A stretch of 64,000 nucleotides of DNA from Octopus sinensis (Eukaryota), in assembly GCF_006345805.1 (NCBI RefSeq), contig NC_042999.1, positions 91,388,001-91,452,000 on the forward strand, written 5' to 3'. The position numbers and the translations under genes are program-made. The notes below the pieces were generated by a model. It saw only the letters and a program-made list of their open reading frames with translations, was not told the origin of the DNA and did not search any database. Shown piece after piece: positions 55,807 to 64,000 of this stretch (position 1 is the stretch's first letter; every line of letters begins with the position of its first letter).

Positions 55807-56693
55807 ATACTGAGGTATGTAACGTGATGTCATTGTTAATAGCTAAGATATTTCTGTATGGTGATGAGAAAATACTTTGAAAACAGAAAGTCAATTATAA
55901 GTATAATTATATGACGGTATTTTAGTAACATCAATCCAATCCAGTTAAAGTATATAGTTGAAATAAAGTCCCCAAAAGTGAATCGAGGTGAGTATCGTAA
56001 GACGATTTTAACATGTCGTAGAAGGGTCCTTTTCTTTTACAATAAATATATTTGTTTGAATCATAAAAATTGTCTTCCTACTGCACCTAAATTTTTTCTC
56101 TATCGTGGCTAATCGAACTGTTTTTTGCCAACTGTGTATTCGAAATCTAATATTTTAATATAATTGAAGCGATCGATAATTTTGATGACATAAATCCGTT
56201 AATAAATAAATAGATGAAATGAAATAAGATAAAAATTTGCTAGATATGATGTCAGAATCAAGAAAGCAGGTGCCAAGTTAATAACTCTTACTGTTAGTGC
56301 ATCTCACTTCCATGCAAGAAAGCAATGTTTGATTACAGACTCTTGGTAGAGAATTTAGTGTACTCGGTATCAGGCCTTGTTAGTTAAAGATAAATTCAAT
56401 GGCAAAGAGTAAGCTAAACAGCTTTAACGTGTATTAATCAGGAAATCAGACAGACTTATCCAAAATTAAGCTTACTTTATCACTTTTTTCCTGTCAACTC
56501 GGCAATTCTCATTAGAAAAACAAAAACAAAAATAAAAGGTATCATTGATATAAATAAAGTCTTTGATCCTAACGAAGTCCTCAAAATCTTTTCAACCTCG
56601 TATTTAGGAAATAACATCTATGTTTCCTCATTTTATTCATTTTCCTTTTTTCTCTTTCTTTTTTTGTTTTCGTTTTTTCTTCGTTTATAACAG

Positions 56694-56710
56694 CAATGAT
56701 ATTGACGAAG
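56694..56710 (+). CDS. Candidate 17-nt micro-exon (or start of a short terminal exon NDIDEGKYRQWVQQKDVA*, stop 56749-56751)
   Basis: About 55-nt almost pure pyrimidine tract ending TAACAG| and a donor AAG|GTAAAT 17 nt later. Confidence 0.4.
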
Positions 56711-57677
56711 GTAAATATCGACAATGGGTTCAACAAAAAGATGTTGCTTAACAAATGACTGGATGCGATGAAGTAAATGGCTACTTCACACAGTGGCATA
56801 ATCTTTGCCAAAGTTAGGTTGAAACGATGCAAATTTACTAAATGAAAAACTAGTAAATCCATAATGAATCAGTTGGCTAACAAAGCTAGTTAAGATTTCC
56901 CAATAACAATAACAATAATACACTTGTGTACACAGATACATACATACATAAATATATATATTCTCTCTCTCTCATCCCGACGTGAACATCACTGTAACCA
57001 TTATTGAATAACATCAAAGAAATACAGCAAACACTCGCAGAACCGCAAGTAAGTCGAGACTATGAACCGGTTTCAATTCATTTTATTTACATCGATAATG
57101 ACCTCTGGAAAGTATATATACTGAAGAACACAATATACTATTTGCAAAAAACTATATATACAATTTGTGCCTAATCAAAGCAAATCAATAATAATGTTCT
57201 GCTCTACACTAGCGCGAAGTCACAAGTTTGTACATTAACTGAATTAACGTGACTGGTATTTATTTTGAAAATAATGGACTATAGAAGACGTCTTTATCTG
57301 ATGAGAATATATTTTTAGGTTGAAAATTGATAAGAGAATAAGAACAATAGCAATAACAACAACCAAACATATAATCTATGTCACAAAATAAGCATTAAAA
57401 ATGGAAGTGTCACAGTTCGAAGAATGTAAAACATGACAATGCAAGAGGAAAAAAACAAGAATGAACTAAGTGAAATAGCTTGACGGGGAATTGAAACTTC
57501 TTCAGAACAATTGATTCATTGAAGCAATGATAGGAAGTCAGTGTACAGAATTAAACATTATAAACCTATAACATTAAATCTAGAACACAGAAGTACAAAG
57601 TGGATTCGATTTCTATTTGCCGCTAATTTATTTCTTTAATGTTAATAAAGAAACCCATTTCCTAGTAGAGAAGAGCT

Positions 57678-58116
57678 GGATTTTCTCGGTTTGAACGGCG
57701 GTTTTTAACATAATATCTAGGTAACTAAAAAATTTTAAACTTCGTATACTAGTAGAATGTGTTTATAAAACATGTTTTTCTCTTGGCTTTATTGAGAAAA
57801 TTCTATAGTTTGTAAGATATTTGTTGTTTTTTTCTCTTCAATTTCTGCAATTTCAACCAATCAGTGACGTCTATTGAGTTAAAAAGCATTCTGTGCCGTA
57901 TGAAAATGTCCCTCGTTTAAGAAACAGATTGGGTTTATTTACATTTGTGAAGAAAAAAAGATACCCTTCCCCCACCCTTAACGCTAACCCTAACCCTAAC
58001 CAACCCTAACCCTAAAAGAGATTGAAATGCAATAGATCGATTCTAGGGTCATAATTATGGGTGCCAATTTCATATGACACCGCTAGAAAAAACTGCCGTT
58101 CAAACCGAAAAGATCC
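57678..58116. mobile_element. MITE with 29-bp TIRs and 8-bp TSD (Merlin-like), carrying (CCCTAA)n repeats
   Basis: TIRs GGATTTTCTCGGTTTGAACGGCGGTTTTT and its inverse (26/29); exact TSD GAAGAGCT at 57670-57677 and 58117-58124. GG-starting TIRs with an 8-bp TSD fit Merlin; the superfamily is not proven. Confidence 0.85.
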
Positions 58117-58269
58117 GAAGAGCTTAGTAACTTTGTTAGCATGAAGCCGATTAAATGGACCTGAGTTTATTACTGATAGTTATTCTTTATTAGTAATAAC
58201 CGTACAAATGACACAATTCTTTTGTTAACTGTCAGACGGTTGGAAGTTTATAGATATCCTATACACAAC

Positions 58270-58303
<34 letters not shown>

Positions 58304-58312
58304 ATATAAAGA

Positions 58313-58359
<47 letters not shown>

Positions 58360-58537
58360 TGAGAGAGAGAGAGGTGCGTTTATGTGGATTAGCAAATTAG
58401 ATATATTAAATATAATAGTTTGGGTATGAAATACAAAATGTGTATATATACATGCAAAACGAGAGAAAGCGGTGACTTTCAGACGATGAATATTTAAGTA
58501 CAAATATACAGACATATACAGACATTTTTGTTAATAG

Positions 58538-58656
58538 ATCCAACTAACACAGAATACAAACGACAAAGAAAATTAAAGGGAAGGAAGAAAGGTGTTATAA
58601 GTCCAACAGTTGCTTCTGTGGGCTTGGAGATCCACCATAATGTTGCTAGATGTTGA
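58538..58656 (+). CDS. Candidate terminal coding exon ((D)PTNTEYKRQRKLKGRKKGVISPTVASVGLEIHHNVARC*)
   Basis: Acceptor TTTTTGTTAATAG|; phase-compatible with the 56694-56710 micro-exon; product unrecognised. Confidence 0.3.
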
Positions 58657-58839
58657 TCATCACAATATGCGGCCGTAATGGAAGCAATCAACATTGGATA
58701 AGTTGAGCCTCCGTCTGCTTAACCTGATCCCCTTTATAGCCATTCTTTACCCCATAGAATTGATCCCCTGTAAAGTGTCTAAGTTTGAATTATTTTAGTA
58801 CAACTGTCTTCTATGCTGAGAATTTCTGGATCTCATGCG

Positions 58840-58876
<37 letters not shown>

Positions 58877-58939
58877 CAGGAAGAATGAAGGCTCTACTCG
58901 GTTTCGACCACGAGCGCACTAGTTCATAAGATTAATCAA

Positions 58940-59195
58940 TCAACCTTCCTGTGACATTAACGTGCAAGTAGCTGAGCACTCCACAGGCATGCATATCCAT
59001 AACGCATTTTTCAAAGATCCAGCATGGCACAGTGTGACAAACTAGGCATTTCAGCTACAGGTATAACTACTTCTTGCCACCTGAGTGGATTGGAGCAATG
59101 AAAATAAAGTGTCTGCTCAAGCATTTAATGCACCACCAGGAATGGAATTCATGACCTTACGGTCGTGAGTCGAATACTCTAGCCACAAACCGCGC
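58940..59195 (-). mobile_element. Decayed tRNA-headed SINE
   Basis: ..GAAAATAAAGTGTCTGCTCAAGC..GGAATTCATGACCTTACGGTCGTGAGTC..CTAGCCAC pattern shared with the 21720-22100 element. Confidence 0.6.
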
Positions 59196-59320
59196 GCTAG
59201 AAATAACATAGAAGTGTAGAAGTGACTGTATCGCACTACTAACACAAAAGTACCACTCAGTGGTGGGTTTTAAACCTTTATGTTATGGTTGCAAAATGAA
59301 ATACGGTATCCCTGCCAGCA

Positions 59321-60115
<795 letters not shown>

Positions 60116-61269
60116 AAGGGCTTAGTAAAATAAATTACTTTGCCGCATACTGAACTCATTAGAAATAGCAGCTAAAAAAAACTTTTTTAAAACTATTTCT
60201 AATACTTAAAGAAAACCTCTCTCATATAGTGTTTGCTCAATTCAACTCACGAAAGTATGGGGGTAGAGACATTAAAAAATCAATTCGAACAAAAATCAAT
60301 TCGAACAAAAGCAACATATATGCAAACATACTAATATATTTATACATGTGTGTATCATGTCTGTGTGTATTGAACTGAAATTATCTCTACCTGTTTTCGT
60401 TTTCTTTTCTGGTTCCTCCACTCGTTCGTAGGTTGTACTCAGTATTCAAAGTCGTACGACTTCGTCTTCTATTCTAGCGATGTTTATAATCGCTGCTTCC
60501 CTGAAGTTGAATCGTTCTGTGCTTTCTTTTGACCTAAACTTTTATGTTTCTGGATAACACCGCTGACGTGGAGGTTTCCATGCCTCTTCTTCCCTTTCTC
60601 TTATTTGTTTTCTATGTGATATCACGTTTATTAATATTCATATTTTTGACGCACATTGCCTCTGTTTTGTTCAGTAATAGTTTTCTCTCATTATGAGGTG
60701 CTGTATCTTTTACTCCTGTTCATAGTTTGCTTTTTTCCTCTTCTCTCCCCGTCTCTTTCTTTCTCACTGCCTCTCGTTCTTCTTCTGGTACCGGTCTGCT
60801 CGTCTCTATTCATCCTTCCTTTTCGCGAATGCCTTAGTGTTCGCACGTCTTATGTTCCTCTCTGCATCAGGTGGTATTCTTTCGACATTTCCTCTCCATA
60901 GCCTTTGTGTTTGTATTTTTTCCGTTTGTTTTCACCCTAAGTAGAATAATTCCGTTCTTTCTATGTTGAGCTGCCATAATCTGTATTTCTCTGATAATTT
61001 TTTCTCTGATAAGTTTTTACTCAGTTGTTGATCTCCGTATTTTTAAATCGTAAAATTCATTTTTTTAAAATTAAGTAGTGCACATTTATTATTTTAAAGA
61101 TATGCTTTCTAAAAACTCTTTATTTCACACTTGCTATATGGACTTTTGTACTATCTTATTAATTAAATGTTTCAGAAGAAAATACAATTTCAAGAAAAAT
61201 TAACATAAATTTTAGTTTGTATAAAAGGAAAACAAATCGCAATATCACATCCTAAAATAAAAGTATTTC

Positions 61270-62200
61270 AAAAAAATCACAAAATATCGACTCGATTATG
61301 GCTGGGAAATAACAGTTTACTCCAAGCAGCCGCTCCTAACTTTTACCAGGGCCTCAAGACGGCTCCTGAACCTGGCGCACGTGCTTCTGGAAAAGACTTC
61401 GAACAGCTCTCTGATCTTGGCCACTCGGTGTTAGCATTGCAGGTAAGGCGGCTGGTGCCTTTCTGAACTGCACCCCACAAATAGTAATCCATAGAATTAA
61501 AGTCGGAGGAATTTGGAGACCAGAAATTGGGCTGGTGAAAACGAATAAATTCGCCGACAATCACTTCTGACTTTTTCCGGAACCAAATCTTGTTGCCACA
61601 CTTATGGCTTTCCAGCAACAATGCTCTCCTGCCAGGGATTAGCTACCAGCAGCTTCACGTAGCTGTCTGAACTGAGCCTAAAGTCCTGTTTAAAGATATG
61701 AGAATGAATTGCGGCGTGCGGAGCTAGCTGTCAGAATGCCTACTGTGACAATTCCTGCTGGTCACGGCTTCGTAGTCTCCGTTGTAACTGTCCATATCAC
61801 TCACGTCTTTACAGTGTTCACATAGCATTGAGCAGCAGTCATGATGTCAGCATTTTGATACCCGGCGGAAATCATTATGATGCAGGTAACTCTTTTCCAA
61901 TATTCAGCTGGCTTCCAGTCCGCCATGTCATCTAAATATTTCTCAATTACAACTTTAATCCTTAAGCTCTCCAACGCCGTCGACAGATCAACAACACATC
62001 AAGCTGTTCCTTGAAAAAGGAGACATCTCGTCAGATTTAGCCCGAACACACTGTACAAACTATATAAGAACTGCTACAACACTACTCTTCTCAGTACAAA
62101 TTTATTGATTCTCTATCACCACTTCATTGTAGATACTGTCACCGTGTCCTTTGGACACCATCTTAGAGAAAATTACTCAGCTACTAAAATCGTGATGCAA
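61270..62200 (-). mobile_element. Internally deleted Tc1/mariner (maT/DD37D-like) element
   Basis: Minus strand MADWKPAEYWKRV..AGYQ..DYEAVT N-terminus joined to FWSPNSSDFNSMDYYLWGAV (ORF 61343-61621). Confidence 0.75.
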
Positions 62201-63519
62201 TGACTGCTATTATATTACTACTACGACTATTAACACTGTAGACCTAATAGGTTATTACAGTTAACACTTCACCGTACCACTTCAGTCACGATCACGCAGC
62301 TACAGGCTTTCAACCACACAACTAAAGCCATTATGATTGAAGCTAATTTTACGCCATTGCAGCACACAGAAATACATCTAAGTATAAGTAGTGGTCGATT
62401 CTCCGTTGGTTTTCAATGATGAGGATTAAGTTGTTTGATTACCTGAACTTCCACTTGTGAAATTAACTTATAAGCGGTTAAGTATCCCACAAGACAGTTG
62501 TACTCTTAATGTAATTCTCAGGTTGAATCAGTGTGATATGCGAAAAGACAGGAGTTTGAATTACAAGCGCAACGTAGAGAGAGAGGAGTGAGAGAGAGAG
62601 AGAAAGAGAGAAATAGAGCTGGAGAGAGGAGAGAGAGAAAGAGAGAAAGAGAGCTGGAGAGAGGAGAGAGATAGAGAGAGATAGAGAGAGATAATCAGTT
62701 TTATGACTGAAATGGTATTTAATCTATGATGCCCGATCAGAAGCTAAGTTGACATCAGCAATATTTGAACTCAGACTGAATAAAGTTAGCCGTTCAATCC
62801 GATGTGAAGATTCGCTGCTTTCACAACTACAGATAATGCTCTGCTTTTTCACTTACATCCTTAAGAACACATTACACTATCTGAGCTCTATTATGTCATT
62901 ACAAAATGTACTACAAATACCACTTCAGCAATATAATCGCACATGAATATTATTGGTATCACCACAGTATTAGAACATCCACTACGCCTGCAACCATATT
63001 CTGACAAATACTACTATACCGCCATTACACCACTATATTAATGGTTCAATGAGGAATCTTCAATGCAGTCACCTAATTTGCTAAAAAGTGTGACTAGTCT
63101 ACTTCAAACCACACTGTTGAGTTTTAAAATAGGAGGGACACATTGAATAAAGTAGTCCTCGATAGAATACATAGAAAAAAAACTAGTTGGCACAGATGGA
63201 AACACTTTGGTGATTAGGTCTGCTCGATCAAGACAGAATTTAAACTAAACAACAACACCAAAATAACAGCAACAATATCACACTTCTATAGCCACCTTTA
63301 ATCGTTACAAGAAACACTATACAATTACAGCTTCCACTTTATTACGGTACATCCAATTCCTGTGATAACAGCACGACGGAAATAGCTTTGATGGTGATCG
63401 ATACCAGAACATACGTATATTCGACTCACTTCCTGGCTGATATGATTTAAAATACAAATATAGTTTTACACTTCAGTTTACATTAATGGTTGAAATATTT
63501 CATGAAGTATCATGTAAGT

Positions 63520-63735
63520 TTTTCTCAACTACAACTTTAATCCTTATACTCTCCAACGCCGTCGATAGATCAACAATACATCAAACTGTTCCAGGAAAAA
63601 GGAGACATAAAATATAGTCAAATTCGAGCCCGAAACCCTGAATAAACTATTTAAGAATTGCTTCAACGCTTCTCTTCTCTATCACCACTTCATTGTAGAC
63701 GCTATCATTATGTCCTTTGGACACCATCACAGAGA
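63520..63735 (-). mobile_element. Second copy of the 5' non-coding end of the 61-62 kb mariner-like element
   Basis: About 220 bp colinear with 61940-62170 (..ACAACTTTAATCCTT..CTCCAACGCCGTCGA..TCTCTATCACCACTTCATTGTAGA..TCCTTTGGACACCATC), with an indel. Confidence 0.75.
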
Positions 63736-64000
63736 CATTGTGCGACGTTGTGTCATACGATTTTGAGATCTTCACTTTTTGAACTTCATCATTATGAAAT
63801 TTGGGGTAGCATTCTGATATAATTTTCTGTTTGAATTGAAAGTCCTTTGGCTGTCTTCGTAGCAAATAATTCCAGTTAATGCGAACGTTTGAGATTCATA
63901 GATTATATGAAACCAGAAAATATATTGAAGACTTCCTTATGTCATCTATCTAAGAACAGTTAGCTTAGTAGCCCACACATGCCATCTCTTATTTATATTT

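Noticed and set aside
57975-58015. Interstitial telomere or chromosome-fusion scar
   Set aside because: The few CCCTAA units lie inside a TIR/TSD-bounded MITE and so are element cargo.
60400-61050. Purine-rich minus-strand stretches that look like decayed charged-protein coding sequence (also 9890-10200)
   Set aside because: Multiple in-frame stops and no identifiable family.

Overview
AT-rich eukaryotic genomic DNA that is mostly intronic or intergenic. The very dense (CA)n/(TA)n/(GA)n/(TAA)n microsatellites and the tRNA-headed SINE families are most consistent with an octopod cephalopod genome; this is an inference from repeat composition, not a database result. No intact, nameable host gene, rRNA, true tRNA gene or CRISPR array is supported, and most listed ORFs are microsatellite or antisense-TE artefacts. 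The window is dominated by mobile DNA: (i) at least 11 decayed R4/Dong-clade (RT + CCHC + restriction-like endonuclease) non-LTR pieces, several stacked head-to-tail at (TAA)n tracts; (ii) one comparatively young RTE-clade LINE (51.6-54.6 kb) with a 5' inversion and 13-bp target-site duplication that fits twin priming; (iii) Penelope-like remnants, one with a decayed hammerhead motif; (iv) Tc1/mariner fragments, hAT-like and Merlin-like MITEs; (v) three SINE families. The most notable unexplained items are the twin-primed RTE, a 91-bp perfect-identity patch between inverted Dong 3' ends, a linker-less T-shaped three-way-junction palindrome at 20.74-20.80 kb, and several small candidate exons with good splice signals but no recognisable product.
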